A stretch of DNA of 64,000 bases. Origin: Abditibacterium sp. (GTDB lineage Bacteria > Armatimonadota > Abditibacteriia > Abditibacteriales > Abditibacteriaceae). The position numbers and the translations under genes were made by a program. Positions 47,566 through 59,551 of the stretch are shown in pieces. Below the pieces are notes generated by a model that was not told where the DNA came from, searched no databases, and was given only the letters and a program-made list of their open reading frames with translations. Numbering within the stretch: position 1 is the first letter of the stretch; each line of letters starts with the position of its first letter. The stretch spans positions 3,776,001-3,840,000 of the forward strand of contig CBDASK010000003.1 in assembly GCA_965199495.1 (NCBI GenBank), given 5' to 3'.

Positions 47566-48696
47566 TTAGCGAAACAGTTCGGGCGCGAGGGCGCGGTAGG
47601 CGTAATAGACCTTCCAGACGTAACGCTGTGTGGTGGCTTTGGGCACCTTCATGCCCGCGCGATTGACGGCGCCGACACCCGCGTGATAAGCAGCCACGGC
47701 GAGCAGAGTGCCGTCTTTTTGCTGCGAGTAAGTATTGAGATTCTGGCGCAAAAGTTTGGCCGAGCCGAGCAAATTATCGGTTGGATCCCAAGCGTTTCGC
47801 ACGCCCAACGGTTTGAGATTAAACGGCATGAGTTGGCCCAAACCCATCGCGCCCGACGACGACAGGCACGACGGATCGAAATCGCTTTCGACTTGGACGA
47901 CGGCGCACAAAAAGCGCGGATCGAGATTATGCGTTCGCGCCGCGTTCAAAATCGCGCCCGCGATTTCATCGGCGCGCTCGTCGGATAATTTCGGATTATC
48001 GCGCCGAATGAACGTTTTATAATTGGCGCGATGTTGATCGGTAAACCCGAAATAAGGATTAGCCGTCGAAGGCGCCATCCTCGCCGTGGCTTGTATCTGA
48101 GGTGTGGGCAAAGCCTCGTCGGCGTTGTCCAGACCGGGCGCGAGCGGCAACTCCATTTCCTGCCCCAGCAAAATCGCGTCGGGCGCGGGCGCGCTCACCG
48201 AAGGCGGCGCGATGGCGATTCCATCGTCGTCCTCTTTTTTGAGCAAAGCCAACGGCTCGGCGCGGTCGGTGAGATTAGTCAACGACAAAGTCGGCTCGCC
48301 ATTGCTGATGCTTTCGACACGGCACAGCGCTCGCACAAAAGTCCCGCCTTTGAGGAGAGGATTGCCGCGCATTTCATCGGACGATTCGACGACTAATGTG
48401 CCGTCGGGTTGTTGCAACATCACCGAAAACCCACTTGCGCGCGAAAAAGTGCCCTTCACCACTCCGCGCAATTCGACGATGCGCCCGACATAGATTTTGC
48501 TCTGATCGCGCAGTTCGGCCTCGCTATCGAAGCGCGGCGCGCGCGCCTTAGCCTTTTGCAATTCGTAATCGTCGCCCGCCATCTGTGTCGCCGTGACGCG
48601 TTCGTTCATAGTGGGCGCCGATGCGCCTTGCGCGTAAACGGGCAAAGTCGAAGCGGGCAGGGCGCACAGCAGAGCGGCAAAAGCGATGTTTTTCAT
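47566..48696 (-). CDS. Secreted lytic transglycosylase (SLT domain)
   Basis: AVVQVESDFDP, GAMGLGQLMP, AAYHAG. Confidence 0.9.
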   Translation of the reverse strand: MKNIAFAALLCALPASTLPVYAQGASAPTMNERVTATQMAGDDYELQKAKARAPRFDSEAELRDQSKIYVGRIVELRGVVKGTFSRASGFSVMLQQPDGTLVVESSDEMRGNPLLKGGTFVRALCRVESISNGEPTLSLTNLTDRAEPLALLKKEDDDGIAIAPPSVSAPAPDAILLGQEMELPLAPGLDNADEALPTPQIQATARMAPSTANPYFGFTDQHRANYKTFIRRDNPKLSDERADEIAGAILNAARTHNLDPRFLCAVVQVESDFDPSCLSSSGAMGLGQLMPFNLKPLGVRNAWDPTDNLLGSAKLLRQNLNTYSQQKDGTLLAVAAYHAGVGAVNRAGMKVPKATTQRYVWKVYYAYRALAPELFR

Positions 48697-49021
48697 AGGA
48701 GATTTGGCGAAGTTTAGCAATATCTGCGTGAAATCGCTGTTGCTGAAAAGAGTTGGAGCGCGAGTCGAACGCGTAAACCAACCATTATCATCCCAAAAAT
48801 TCGCTAATTTAACTTTCATCATCGCTTGAGGCAGGCGATGTGGCTACCTCACGGCGCGACTAAGAACGGAAAACCTAATGCGGTCATGCCATCCGATTTC
48901 AGAGCGAATCCGTCAAAGTATCCACAATCCCGATGGAGTGTGAAAATATGCCAACGCGCGGCGTGGAACAGCTATTTAGTGGAAGTTATAATTTTCGATG
49001 ACAATAATTTTCCCGATCATC

Positions 49022-49897
49022 ATGCCCCGTTCCTATTTACTGAGCTTACTGATGCTCTTCATTTGTGCGCCGCTTGCGCATGCGCAAGATGGACAAAGAA
49101 TCTCGGTTCCTGTTTTTGAATTTCCGGCGATGCAGGGCACATGGAACAAGCTGACCAACGCTGTTTCGAGCGGTCGCATTTACGATTTCGCGGTTTCTAT
49201 GGACGACCAAGACACGACTTATTTCGTCAAGGAAGCGCGCGTTGTCTTCACCAATCCGGGAGATTTCGATCTGTTCGAGTGTTGGGTCAGCCTTGCCCAG
49301 CGACCGCACGCTGGCCGCACCCGTTTTCTGATCGAGGGCGACGGAGTTTCGCTTTACCGTTCGCAGTGGATGACCTGGCGCGATAAAGCCAAAAAAGTTA
49401 GCGTTTCGGTTAAGGGTTACAAAGGAATCTCTCTGATCGTCGAAGGATATGAGATGAATCAGTATGACATGGCGATCTGGGGTGAGCCTGTTTTGGTGCA
49501 GACCAACCCGCCTAAATTGGTGGAGACGCCCCGTAGTTTTCCGACTTTGCTGACCGTCAAGCAGTCTGATAATGGAGCTATTGGGCTTTCGATTGATGGC
49601 GTGGATATCGCGTTTGGTAACGCCAGGGCCACCAACGAAAATGGTCATTTGCTGGTGCCGATGCGTTCAGTATTCGAGTCTCTGGGTGCCCGTCTGAGTT
49701 ACAATCCGCGTTCTCACCAGATCGTCGCCACGCGCGGCGACCAGATTATTTCGATGGCGGTGGGAACTCGAACCGCATTTATCAATGGTCGCAGAACAGA
49801 TTTAGATGTTGCTTCGCGCTTTGTGTCTGGCGAGACGATGGTTCCTTTACGTTTCGTCGCCGAAGCTTTGGGAGTAGCCGTCGAATACAAAAGGTAA
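49022..49897 (+). CDS. Secreted protein with NPCBM-like domain and copper-amine-oxidase-like N-terminal (stalk) domain
   Basis: F.IEGDG..LY.S, AIWGEP; LVPMRSVFESLG, TMVPLRFVAEALG. Confidence 0.75.
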   Translation: MPRSYLLSLLMLFICAPLAHAQDGQRISVPVFEFPAMQGTWNKLTNAVSSGRIYDFAVSMDDQDTTYFVKEARVVFTNPGDFDLFECWVSLAQRPHAGRTRFLIEGDGVSLYRSQWMTWRDKAKKVSVSVKGYKGISLIVEGYEMNQYDMAIWGEPVLVQTNPPKLVETPRSFPTLLTVKQSDNGAIGLSIDGVDIAFGNARATNENGHLLVPMRSVFESLGARLSYNPRSHQIVATRGDQIISMAVGTRTAFINGRRTDLDVASRFVSGETMVPLRFVAEALGVAVEYKR

Positions 49898-50007
49898 AAA
49901 AACTTACTTCCTATTCTTCGTAGCATACCGTTAATGGGGCGACACAACACCAGACGAACCTCGCGGCGTTTTAACCGTCCGACTTCCCCGGCGCGCGGTA
50001 TAATAGA

Positions 50008-50415
50008 ATGCGCGTTTTTCCTTTTATGGCAGTTTTGGGCAATCTTTTACGTTGGCGGCGCGGCGAATCTTTAGTTCTCGCCGCGCTTTTGCTCGCGTGC
50101 CTATTCATGCCCGCTGCCGCACAGGGCGCGGTTTTGCCGCCGCAACAGGCGCACGCGGTTTTGCTGTGGCTACAAGCCGAAATGACGCCCGCCAGTGCGC
50201 CGCGCGTCGAGCAAACCGGCGATTTTCGCGCGTTATCCAATCGCGATAACAGCCCGATTTATATTTGCACCGTGCCCGTGGCTATAGCTACGCCGCCCGT
50301 AGAGGCGCGTTTGGCGGCGTTGCAAATTGAAGCGCGTCCGGTTGCCATATTTACGCTCGAATCGCACGAAGCCGCGTTTTTGACGGGCGTGCGCAATAAT
50401 CGTCGGCGCAATTGA
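50008..50415 (+). CDS. Hypothetical protein
   Basis: ORF with a hydrophobic N-terminal segment upstream of secA; no family recognised. Confidence 0.45.
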   Translation: MRVFPFMAVLGNLLRWRRGESLVLAALLLACLFMPAAAQGAVLPPQQAHAVLLWLQAEMTPASAPRVEQTGDFRALSNRDNSPIYICTVPVAIATPPVEARLAALQIEARPVAIFTLESHEAAFLTGVRNNRRRN

Positions 50416-50551
50416 AAAGCCGCGAAGATGCTCCCACAGAAACACCGACTTGTCGTGTCTAAAAATGGTGGAATTGCTTCAAAACTGCGGCGATTCCACC
50501 GTTTTAGACGCGATGAATCGCCGTCTCTACGGGAGCATCTTCGCGGCTTTT
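50415..50551. repeat. Family B inverted repeat copy 2, nested in a terminator-like outer stem
   Basis: Outer aaaagccgcgaagatgctccc / gggagcatcttcgcggctttt; inner acaccgacttgtcgtgtctaaaa...ttttagacgcgatgaatcgccgtctctac like 1395-1492. Confidence 0.85.
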
Positions 50552-50598
50552 TTGTTCCTTCACGACCCCCAACTCAATATCTCAAAGATAGATAAATC

Positions 50599-53500
50599 AT
50601 GTCACTGTTAAAAAAAATTTTCGGCTCGTCTGCCGACATCTCCAGCTCCGATACCAAAGGCCAGGGAGTTTTGGGCGCCGTGTCGCGCCTGTTCGATAAA
50701 AACGAAAAAGAGATCGCCCGACTGCGACCGACGGTCGAGAAAATCGGCCAAATTGGAACCGAACTCAAAGGTCTCTCCGACGACGAAATCAAAGCCCGCT
50801 CGCTCAAACTCAAGGCGACTTTTCAGGAAAAAGTCACGCAGCGTTTGAAGGCGCAGGGACTGGAATGGCAGGATTTGTCCGCCCAGAAAGATTGGGACGA
50901 CGCTTATAATAAAGCGCGTCTGGACGCCGAAAAAGCGACATTGGGCGAACTTTTGCCCGAAGCATTCGCCCTCGTGCGCGAAGCGGGCGACCGCACCATT
51001 GGGTTGCGACATTTTGATGTGCAGATCATTGGCGGCGCGGCTTTGCACGAAGGCACCATCACCGAAATGCGGACGGGCGAAGGCAAAACATTGGCAGCCA
51101 CGGCGCCCGCTTATCTTAATGCGTTGACCGGGCGCGGCGTGCATTGTGTGACCGTCAACGATTATTTGGCCGAGCGCGATGCCAACTGGATGCGCCCGGT
51201 TTACGAATTTCTGGGACTTTCTGTCGCGTTTTTGCAAAACGACATGGAGCCAGCCGACCGGCGCGTGGCCTATGCCGCCGACCTTTTGTATGGCACTAAC
51301 TCGGAGTTTGGCTTCGATTATCTGCGCGACAACATGGCGCGCTCGCCCGAAGATATGGTGCAGCGCCCGCTCAATTTCGCCATCATTGACGAGGTAGATA
51401 ACATCCTGATTGACGAGGCGCGCACGCCGCTAATCATCTCGGCCCAGGTCGCCAAAACCGACCGGGCACTGCGTCGCCAAGGCATGAGCAAAACCTGCGA
51501 CGGCGTCGCCAAACAATTGATGCCCGCCATCAATGACCAGGAAGTCGAAGCGTTTATTGACGAGTATTCGACCAAAGGCCGCATCGACATCGGCGGCCTG
51601 AGCGACGCGATTTTCAACGGCGGCGCCTTTCCCCACGCGATTGGTTATTTGATCGATTCGTATCTGGCCTCAGAAAAAACCGCGCGCACCGATAACGCCG
51701 CGCACTTGCTGGACGCCGCCGACGAACTGTTCGCCGATAAATTGATTAACCAAGTCGGCAAGGACGAACTGGAAAAAATGGCCCTAACCGCCACTCGTCC
51801 GCAGTTGTTGAATGAAGCGTGGCGCGGCGAAGTCGAGCATATTCTGGAACCGTTCGAGATGGCGTGGCTCAACGCGCGCGACGGCGAGTGGAACGCGCAA
51901 CTGCTCGCGCACGATTTGACTTTGCCTGAAGACGCGGCGTTCGATTTGGAAGAACATATTTCGCAAAGCGAAGATAAAGCCGAAGCGACTTCGCTACTGA
52001 TTGCCGACGAAATGGCACGCCGTGGCTACATCGAGCAGGACGGCGTTGACGCGATTGCGGGCGCGCTGCAAAACGGGCGCGATGCGTTGCGATTGGCGGT
52101 TTTGGAACAGCCGGGCAGCTTGTCGGACGCCGACAAGGTTTTGAGCGAACACGTTCCGGCGGGCGAAATCAGTTCGACCGAAGATGTGCGCCGCATCGTG
52201 AGCGCGCTCGAAGCGATTACGGCGACCGGGCTGGTGCCGTTCGCCACGACCGAGAAATTGTGGAACACGGTCGAACTTTCGGCTGACCGCGACGCTCTGC
52301 GCGCGCAGTTGACGAGCGTGATCGAGAAGCAGTCGGGCGACGTGGCTACACAAATCGTCGGCTTAGTCGAAGAGTATTCCAAGTCGCGCGAGGCGTTTTT
52401 AACTTCGCAAGCCGCCACATTGCGCGACGCGTTGGGCGGACATGAAGCCGTCGTGAAGTTGGCGCAATCGGGCGCCGGAGCCGACGCGTTGAGCGCGGCT
52501 TTGCAACGCGAACTCGCCAAATCCGGCCCGTTCGCCCAGGCGACGAAAGCGTCGGCACAGTTCGTCAAAGAACAAAACGCGGCTTATGGCGCTGTCGCCG
52601 ACCATTTGATCGAGGAAATGTCGCAGTGGGTCGAGATTCCTCAGGGCGCCAAGAAAACCATCGTTTCGATTTTGGGCGAAGGCGGGCGCGCGCCCGAAGT
52701 CGCCGAACGTTTGCTGCTGGCCGTGCGCGATTTGCCGGGCGATTCGTCCGAACTGGCGGCGATTGCTCAGGATGGCGCGAACCAGTTGCAGGGGTGGCGT
52801 CACGAACAGGCGATTTCGTTCGTCGAGAAAATCGGCGGATTAGTGCCGTTGCCCGATGCAGCCACGTCCGCGATTCAAACCGCCATCGAAGACGGCGACT
52901 TTGGCACCAACGGCTTTGAAGAGTTTGTCGGCGCGCAGTTGCTTTCTTCGGAAACTATCGCGCCTTTGGCGAGTGCCATCGAAAGTTATGGCGAGGCGTG
53001 GGACGCGTTTAAAGCCAAATCAAATCAGAGTTTGATTGACAACCTCGGCGGGCGTTTGGAGATGTCGCCGGACGCGAAAATCAATCTGGGCGAACTGCTC
53101 GCCCATCCTTATAAGGGCGCGCTGATTTCGCAGATTTTCGGCACGCTCGCCGCCGACGTTGTGGCGCGCCATTTGGAGCCGCTTTTGACCGAAGAGAACG
53201 CCGGAGCGTTCACCGAAGAGATCAAGCGCCGCGTCTCGATTGTGGACTCGATTGCCAAAAAGTTGAATCCCGCCGAGTTCACCGGAAAATCCGCCGAACA
53301 GTTGATGCGCGCGGTTCAGCGTTTGGTGGTGCGCTCGCTCGAAGTTTTGGAGTTCGACAAGTACAAGCGCGTTATCAAGAACTTGGGTTGGCTAACCGAA
53401 AAAGACGAGAAGCGGCGCACCGCCGCCGTTTCGGACATGGGCGCTTTGGTCGCCGAGCGCGAAGCGGCGCGGCCCATCTTTACCGATCCCGACGGCTTTT

Positions 53501-56500
53501 TGGACACGCTATTGGCCGCCGAAATCCTGACCGAAGGCGAGGCCGTCACCATCGCGCGCGCGCAAATGGAAGCGCCCGAACTGGGCATTTCGCAGATTAT
53601 TGATACGCAATTGCGCTTGCCCGCCGAGCGTCGTCGGCGTTTGGCCGAGGCGAAGTTGCAGGAAGTTCAGTCGGTTTTGGATCAGGGAATTAAGGCGCAC
53701 GCGTTGTTTGAATACAACGTGAATTACGTGATCGGCGGCGGCAAAGAGATCGTCATCGTGGACGAATTTACCGGGCGCACCATGCCGGGCCGCCGCTTTT
53801 CCGAAGGCTTGCATGAAGCTTTGGAAGCCAAGCACGGTCTGGAAGTGCAGATCGAATCGCAGACGGTGGCGACGATCACGATTCAGAATTATTTCCGGCT
53901 TTATAACAAAATTTCGGGCCTGACCGGAACCGCGAAAACCGAGGAAGCCGAGTTTGCCAAAACTTACGGCATCGAAGTCTTAACCGTGCCGACGAATAAA
54001 CCGGTGCGCCGCGTCGATCAGCCCGACGTGGTTTATAAAACCGCCGAGGCCAAACTGCGCTTCATCACGTTTGATATTCTGGAGCATCACTGCGTCGGCC
54101 AGCCGGTTCTGGTCGGCACGCGGTCAGTCGAAATGTCCGAGCGCATGGCGCAGCGATTGTCCGCTCCAGCGCTGCAAACTTTGGTTTTGACGCATTTAAT
54201 TAAGGAACATTTGCGCGCCGACAAATCGCCCGAAGCCGACAAAGCGCCACTGTGGGAGTTCGCGCGCGCGCCGATTACCAACATTAATCCGGTGCAGGCG
54301 AAGAATTTGGCCAAGCAGATGGGCATCAATCCCGACGCGGCCAGCGACGAAAATGTGAGCGCAATTCTAAGTCAGTTCACCGTGCCCAACGCCAGCCGCG
54401 AGCGTTTGGTGGCGGCTTTGAAACAGGGTTTGCCGCACAACGTTTTGAACGCCAAAAACCATCGCAACGAAGCGCGCATCATCGCCGAGGCCGCGCGGCC
54501 CGGCGCCGTCACCATCGCCACCAACATGGCGGGACGCGGTGTTGACATCATTCTGGGCGGCAGTCTGGACGGCGAAAGCCGTTGGCGCGTTTTGACCGAA
54601 CAATTGTTGGCGCGCCAGTTGGAAGGCAAAGGCGTTCATGTCCGTTCGGTCAACGCCGAGGCGACGCAGAAGATGGCGCAGCGATTGACGCCGGATAATT
54701 TGCAAACTCTGGCTTGGGCCGTCGCGATTTCGCGCCGTGTCGAGGAAATGGAGCGCGCGGGCACCCTCGAAGGTCAGGCGGCCAAAGAGATTAAAGATGC
54801 TTTGGGCAGCGACTTGACTTCGCCCGATTATGCCAACCGCGTAAGGTCGCGCGCGCGTCGCAATAATTTGTTGGACAAATTGCCGGTCGATTTAGAGCCG
54901 CTCAATCCGCAGATTGTTGGCGAGTTGGCGCTCGAATTGGGACGGATTATGAATCACCAATACGACGCCGAATCGTTGAACTTGATGCTGCAACACGGCG
55001 TTCCGGCGCAGGAACATCAATCGCAGGACGCGCAGTTGGGCCGCGATCCGGGCGAGTTGGCGTTGCTCTACACCTTAGCCACGCCGATGTCGTTCTCGCA
55101 AAATGCCAGCGAACGCTTGCTCGAAATCTTGGCCGAAGCGCCCGATTTGGATCGGCAATTGTTGGAACTCGTGGCGACCGGACAGATGCTCAAACCCGAA
55201 GCTCTGGCCGCGAACTTGGGCGTGGTCACGCCCGATTGGGTGCAGACGCGACTGGGCGAATTGGGCGTGCCCAACGCCGACGCGGCGGCGGATCGCTTAG
55301 GCGATTTGCCGCGCGACGAAGCCGAAATTACCGAATTTCAACTGGCGCAACAAATGGGCGAAGCGTTCATGGGGACGCCGTGGCTGCGTCAGCGACTGAG
55401 CGAATGGCAATTGGTTGAGGGCGCGCGCGCGTTTGAAGGAACGGAAGAAATGCAGAACGCGCTGCAAGATCAGGCGAACGTGCATTTGCGATTGAACCGC
55501 AAAGCGGCGTTGGCCAAGCGCGAGGAATGGAACTCGCCGCAAAGCCGCCGCGAGTTGGTGGCAGTCGAGGCGCCCAATTTGGTGTTGCTGCAAGAGTTGG
55601 CCGGAGTCGTCGGGCCGGAAGCGCCGATTTTGAATCCCGAATGGCTGCACCATACGTTGAGCGGCATGAACCTCATCACCGACGAAGACGTGATGCAGGC
55701 GCAGATGCAAGCGCAAGTGCAGGATGAAGAAGGCAACCAGAGCATCCAGCCGATTGACGTTTTGGTCTACCGTTTGAAGTTGAGCGGAATGCTCGAAGCG
55801 ATCAAACCGGTTGTGCGCGAGGCGGCGAAACAGGCCGATTCGCACGATCCAACGACGGTCTTTGGCGCGTTGCAGAATGTCGCGCCGTGGTTGCCGACGT
55901 TCGTGGACGACGAATGGTTGGCGCAGACTTTGGCCGAAACGCCGGAACTGGCGTTGCCGGAAGCGACAACGGAAGAGTTGGCGGTCGCCGGGGATTCGGG
56001 CATCGTGCAGATCGAGACCGGCGTGGCTGGTCAGAGCACCGACATCGTTTTGGAAAGCGAGGCGCGGCCCGAAGACATCGCGCACACCAGCGACCGCGAC
56101 ATTATCACCGATTTGGGCGGCTTGCACATCATCGGGTCGGAGCGTCACGAGAGCCGCCGCATTGACAACCAGTTGCGCGGGCGCGCCGGTCGCCAGGGCG
56201 ATCCGGGTTCGAGCCGCTTCTACATCTCATTGGATGACGAGCTGTGGCGTCTGTTCGGCACGCGCGGCCAATTCTTGTTGAAGAGTTGGGACGAGGACGA
56301 GCCAGTCGAGGCGGGCATCATTTCCAAGCAGATCGAGCGCGCGCAGAAGAAGGTCGAGCTGAACCACTTCGAGGGCCGCAAACACGTCTTGCAATACGAC
56401 GACGTGATGAACGTGCAACGCGAAGTCATCTACCGCGAACGCCGCCGCGCCTTGCAGGGCGCTGATATCCGCGACACGGTCGTTGATATGGCGCAAAAAG

Positions 56501-57243
56501 CGGCGATAACTCAGGCCGACGCGCACGCGCCGCGCGCCGTGCGGCCCGAAGAATGGGACACGCGCAAGCTCTACTTGGGGCTGGGCAAACTGTTCGGACT
56601 GAGCGCGCTCAAAGCGCAAATTTCCGATGATGAACAGTTGGAAGAAGCGAGTTGGCAGGAGTTGCCCGACAACGCGTTGGGCAATCCCAGCTTCGACTTC
56701 ATCCTGCGCGATGGACGCGGTTTGAACGAAATCGTCGAGAAATTGTATCAAGACCGCGAACACGCGTTGGGCACCGACCAAACGCGCGGGCTGGAACGTT
56801 GGCAGGTCATGCGTTCGATTGACGAGCATTGGATGGAGCATCTGGCCGAAATGGACTATTTGCGCGATGCGATCTGGCAGCAAGGCTACGCGCAGCGCGA
56901 GCCGATTGGCGTTTATCGTCAGGAAGGTTTCGAGCTGTTCCAGAAGATGCTGGGCGAAATCCGGCGCGAAGTGACGCAGGCGATCTTCGACTATGACGTG
57001 CCCGATTTCGAGCATGAAGACGCCTCGCCCGAACTGGGCGAGATGATCGAAGCCCGATTAGTGGATGCGTTCGCTGGTGGCGACGATGGTCTGGACGACG
57101 GAACATTGTTGGCCAAAGACGCCGACGGCGTTGACAATGACTTGGTGATGACCACGCAAAACACGCGCGAGGGCGCGCCGGGCGAAGGCAATCCCGATTC
57201 GGCCAGCAACCGCGCGGCGCGGCGGGCGAAGCGGCGCGAGTAA
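50599..57243 (+). CDS. secA: Preprotein translocase ATPase SecA, giant form (2214 aa)
   Basis: [95 protein letters not shown]. Confidence 0.96.
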   Translation: MSLLKKIFGSSADISSSDTKGQGVLGAVSRLFDKNEKEIARLRPTVEKIGQIGTELKGLSDDEIKARSLKLKATFQEKVTQRLKAQGLEWQDLSAQKDWDDAYNKARLDAEKATLGELLPEAFALVREAGDRTIGLRHFDVQIIGGAALHEGTITEMRTGEGKTLAATAPAYLNALTGRGVHCVTVNDYLAERDANWMRPVYEFLGLSVAFLQNDMEPADRRVAYAADLLYGTNSEFGFDYLRDNMARSPEDMVQRPLNFAIIDEVDNILIDEARTPLIISAQVAKTDRALRRQGMSKTCDGVAKQLMPAINDQEVEAFIDEYSTKGRIDIGGLSDAIFNGGAFPHAIGYLIDSYLASEKTARTDNAAHLLDAADELFADKLINQVGKDELEKMALTATRPQLLNEAWRGEVEHILEPFEMAWLNARDGEWNAQLLAHDLTLPEDAAFDLEEHISQSEDKAEATSLLIADEMARRGYIEQDGVDAIAGALQNGRDALRLAVLEQPGSLSDADKVLSEHVPAGEISSTEDVRRIVSALEAITATGLVPFATTEKLWNTVELSADRDALRAQLTSVIEKQSGDVATQIVGLVEEYSKSREAFLTSQAATLRDALGGHEAVVKLAQSGAGADALSAALQRELAKSGPFAQATKASAQFVKEQNAAYGAVADHLIEEMSQWVEIPQGAKKTIVSILGEGGRAPEVAERLLLAVRDLPGDSSELAAIAQDGANQLQGWRHEQAISFVEKIGGLVPLPDAATSAIQTAIEDGDFGTNGFEEFVGAQLLSSETIAPLASAIESYGEAWDAFKAKSNQSLIDNLGGRLEMSPDAKINLGELLAHPYKGALISQIFGTLAADVVARHLEPLLTEENAGAFTEEIKRRVSIVDSIAKKLNPAEFTGKSAEQLMRAVQRLVVRSLEVLEFDKYKRVIKNLGWLTEKDEKRRTAAVSDMGALVAEREAARPIFTDPDGFLDTLLAAEILTEGEAVTIARAQMEAPELGISQIIDTQLRLPAERRRRLAEAKLQEVQSVLDQGIKAHALFEYNVNYVIGGGKEIVIVDEFTGRTMPGRRFSEGLHEALEAKHGLEVQIESQTVATITIQNYFRLYNKISGLTGTAKTEEAEFAKTYGIEVLTVPTNKPVRRVDQPDVVYKTAEAKLRFITFDILEHHCVGQPVLVGTRSVEMSERMAQRLSAPALQTLVLTHLIKEHLRADKSPEADKAPLWEFARAPITNINPVQAKNLAKQMGINPDAASDENVSAILSQFTVPNASRERLVAALKQGLPHNVLNAKNHRNEARIIAEAARPGAVTIATNMAGRGVDIILGGSLDGESRWRVLTEQLLARQLEGKGVHVRSVNAEATQKMAQRLTPDNLQTLAWAVAISRRVEEMERAGTLEGQAAKEIKDALGSDLTSPDYANRVRSRARRNNLLDKLPVDLEPLNPQIVGELALELGRIMNHQYDAESLNLMLQHGVPAQEHQSQDAQLGRDPGELALLYTLATPMSFSQNASERLLEILAEAPDLDRQLLELVATGQMLKPEALAANLGVVTPDWVQTRLGELGVPNADAAADRLGDLPRDEAEITEFQLAQQMGEAFMGTPWLRQRLSEWQLVEGARAFEGTEEMQNALQDQANVHLRLNRKAALAKREEWNSPQSRRELVAVEAPNLVLLQELAGVVGPEAPILNPEWLHHTLSGMNLITDEDVMQAQMQAQVQDEEGNQSIQPIDVLVYRLKLSGMLEAIKPVVREAAKQADSHDPTTVFGALQNVAPWLPTFVDDEWLAQTLAETPELALPEATTEELAVAGDSGIVQIETGVAGQSTDIVLESEARPEDIAHTSDRDIITDLGGLHIIGSERHESRRIDNQLRGRAGRQGDPGSSRFYISLDDELWRLFGTRGQFLLKSWDEDEPVEAGIISKQIERAQKKVELNHFEGRKHVLQYDDVMNVQREVIYRERRRALQGADIRDTVVDMAQKAAITQADAHAPRAVRPEEWDTRKLYLGLGKLFGLSALKAQISDDEQLEEASWQELPDNALGNPSFDFILRDGRGLNEIVEKLYQDREHALGTDQTRGLERWQVMRSIDEHWMEHLAEMDYLRDAIWQQGYAQREPIGVYRQEGFELFQKMLGEIRREVTQAIFDYDVPDFEHEDASPELGEMIEARLVDAFAGGDDGLDDGTLLAKDADGVDNDLVMTTQNTREGAPGEGNPDSASNRAARRAKRRE

Positions 57244-57249
57244 ATTAGC

Positions 57250-57281
57250 AAAAGCCCCGATGCAAACGCATCGGGGCTTTT
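57250..57281. terminator. Terminator after secA
   Basis: aaaagccccgatgc-aaac-gcatcggggctttt. Confidence 0.88.
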
Positions 57282-57545
57282 CTGTTTTGGCACTAAAGGA
57301 GTGATTTGGGCGTTACACTCGCAGATCCGCGAACTACTATTTATATCGGTGGCGGTGTCTAAAAGTGAGGCAGTAGGCCATGCACCCAAAAAAGAAACCT
57401 ATGTCTCAACGCGAAAAAGAGTTCGCAAAGTAACGCCCATGAACTCAAACGTTGAATCGGCGCGATTTTGGGGCGCGGCGGAGCGCCTCGTTTCGCTTGA
57501 TGCGTAAACTCAGGCGTTGCGCAGGAAAAACTGCGCGATCAAACC

Positions 57546-58358
57546 ATGAACTTCTCTCCAATCATAGGCGCTTCGAGCTGGGCGCTGCACTCTGAACTGG
57601 GCGCGCCGCCGATTTTTGGTGTCGAGGCGGGCGCGACGATTCCGCGCTTTGCGCCTTCAAACGCGCGGTTTTCCCTGCTCGAAATGCCCGATTTTCTGGC
57701 GCAGAATGGCTTCGATACCATGCAAATTTGCCATTTCCATTTGCCCTGGCGCGACGAATCGTATTTGGCCGATTTGTGCGCGGCCATCGAAAATTCGGGC
57801 GTGTCGCTGCACGCGCTTCTGGTGGACGAAGGCGATTTGACGCATCCGCAATTTGGCGCGCGCGATGAAAAATGGATCGGCGATTGGTTGCCCGTGGCTG
57901 CTCAGTTGGGCGCGCGCACTCTGCGCGTCATCGCCGGAAAAACTAACGGGCAGGACGCATTGGAGCGTAGCGCATCGGCCCTGCTACGCCTTTGCGAGCG
58001 CGCCGAGAAGTGGGGCGTGCAAATTCAAACCGAAAATTGGTTCGCGCTCTTGAACTCGCCCGACGCCGTTGACGAATTGCTCGCTCGCTGCGAAAACCGC
58101 GTTGGTTTTCTGCTCGATTTTTCCAATTGGAGCGACGCACAACATTTGCAAAACCTCGCGCGAATCGCGCCGCACGCCGCCGCCACGCACGCGCAGGCGA
58201 AATTCTTGGGGCCAGCACAAATTGACGGAACCGAGTTCGCGGCGTGTTTGAATTTGCCTTATGCGCGCGATTTTCGTGGCCCGTTTGTGTTTGTTAATGG
58301 AGGTGCGGACGGAATTTTGACTTTGCGTGATTTCGTGCGCGCCCATTTCGATTGCTAA
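57546..58358 (+). CDS. Sugar phosphate isomerase/epimerase (TIM-barrel family)
   Basis: AAQLGARTLRV, TENW, LDFSNW, THA. Confidence 0.8.
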   Translation: MNFSPIIGASSWALHSELGAPPIFGVEAGATIPRFAPSNARFSLLEMPDFLAQNGFDTMQICHFHLPWRDESYLADLCAAIENSGVSLHALLVDEGDLTHPQFGARDEKWIGDWLPVAAQLGARTLRVIAGKTNGQDALERSASALLRLCERAEKWGVQIQTENWFALLNSPDAVDELLARCENRVGFLLDFSNWSDAQHLQNLARIAPHAAATHAQAKFLGPAQIDGTEFAACLNLPYARDFRGPFVFVNGGADGILTLRDFVRAHFDC

Positions 58359-58479
58359 GTGATGCCTCTTCCCGCGATTCAAGTTCACGCGGACAGCCAC
58401 GGCCCACGGATACGCTGCGAAATGGGCGCGCCCGACGAGCGGAAATCGTTTCGTGGACATCACTTTTAGCGGCATGCCG

Positions 58480-59444
58480 GGGATAAACTCTTCGTCAGCG
58501 ACGGCGCCTCCACGCAAAACCACGGCAATAAAGTCGAGGCGACTTTTTCGATTCCAGAGTTGCCCGAAGTGCTGGCGGAATCGTTGTTCCCGTGGCTATG
58601 CCGCCACCAAGGCGATCCAATGGCTCGACGAACGCGATGAACGCCGTTTTTTCTGTCGTTGGGCTTCATCACGCCTTATCTGCCGACTTCGTGGGCGAAA
58701 GGGAACAACATCAACAAAATTTCCTTTCGTAACTTGCTGACCCACACTTCAGGGTTTAGCACGGGAGGTTCATCCACGAATTACTCGTTTATGAAGAGTA
58801 AAGTCGCGGCGGGCGTGCCTGCGGTTGGCGGCTATGACTATGAGAATATGAATTTCGGGCTGTGCCGAATTCTGATTCCCATTATCAACGGCGATGTGGA
58901 CAAAGGCACCAGCTCCTTCCCGATTGCGAGCATCAATGATCAAATTTGGGACGCCATAACACTCAAGGCTTACAACACTTATATGCAGAACAAGGTCTTC
59001 AAACCGGCGGGCGTGACGGGCGTGAGTCTGCAAGCCGTCACGGGCGGCGCCTATGCCTATCCGTTTCCCGTCGGCGGTGCCAAGGGCTGGAATTCGGGCG
59101 ATTTGAAAACGGTGGCGGGCGGCGCGGGCTGGCATCTCACGCTTTCGCAATTGCTCAAAGTCATGGACGGCGCGCGGCGCCGCAACACCATCCTGCCCGC
59201 CACTAAAGTCCAATATATGCTCGACAACAAATTCGGCATTGACCAGGTGTTGGTGACCCCGGCGGGCAATCTCTACAACAAAAACGGTTCTTGGAAAGAT
59301 GGTAACGGCAAAAGAGAACAGTCGGTCGCCTATTTTCTGCCCGAAAATATGGAGGTTGCCGTCTTCGTCAACTCGCCAATCAGCACAAAAGATTCGTCGT
59401 TGCGTGGCTTAGTCAAAGACGCGTATGTAGCTTCGCTGAAATAG
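58480..59444 (+). pseudogene. N-terminally truncated beta-lactamase-like serine hydrolase joined to a frameshifted sulfatase-like remnant
   Basis: LLTHTSG, YENMNF and NKNG present, but no SxxK; in-frame TGA near 58638. Confidence 0.65.
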
Positions 59445-59455
59445 TTGCAATCATA

Positions 59456-59487
59456 AAAAGCCCCGATGCAAGCGCATCGGGGCTTTT
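59456..59487. terminator. Terminator nearly identical to 57250-57281
   Basis: aaaagccccgatgc-aagc-gcatcggggctttt (31/32 identical). Confidence 0.88.
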
Positions 59488-59551
59488 TCGTTGCGCGTCA
59501 TTCTCCGCACTCGGTCGGCGTGGCTGCATTGGAGGCCACGCGTCACCGACA

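Noticed and set aside
51530..56058. Inteins as the explanation for the SecA insertions
   Set aside because: No recognisable splice-junction motifs (N-terminal Cys block, C-terminal His-Asn followed by Cys/Ser/Thr) or LAGLIDADG motifs; part of the insert is a self-duplication.
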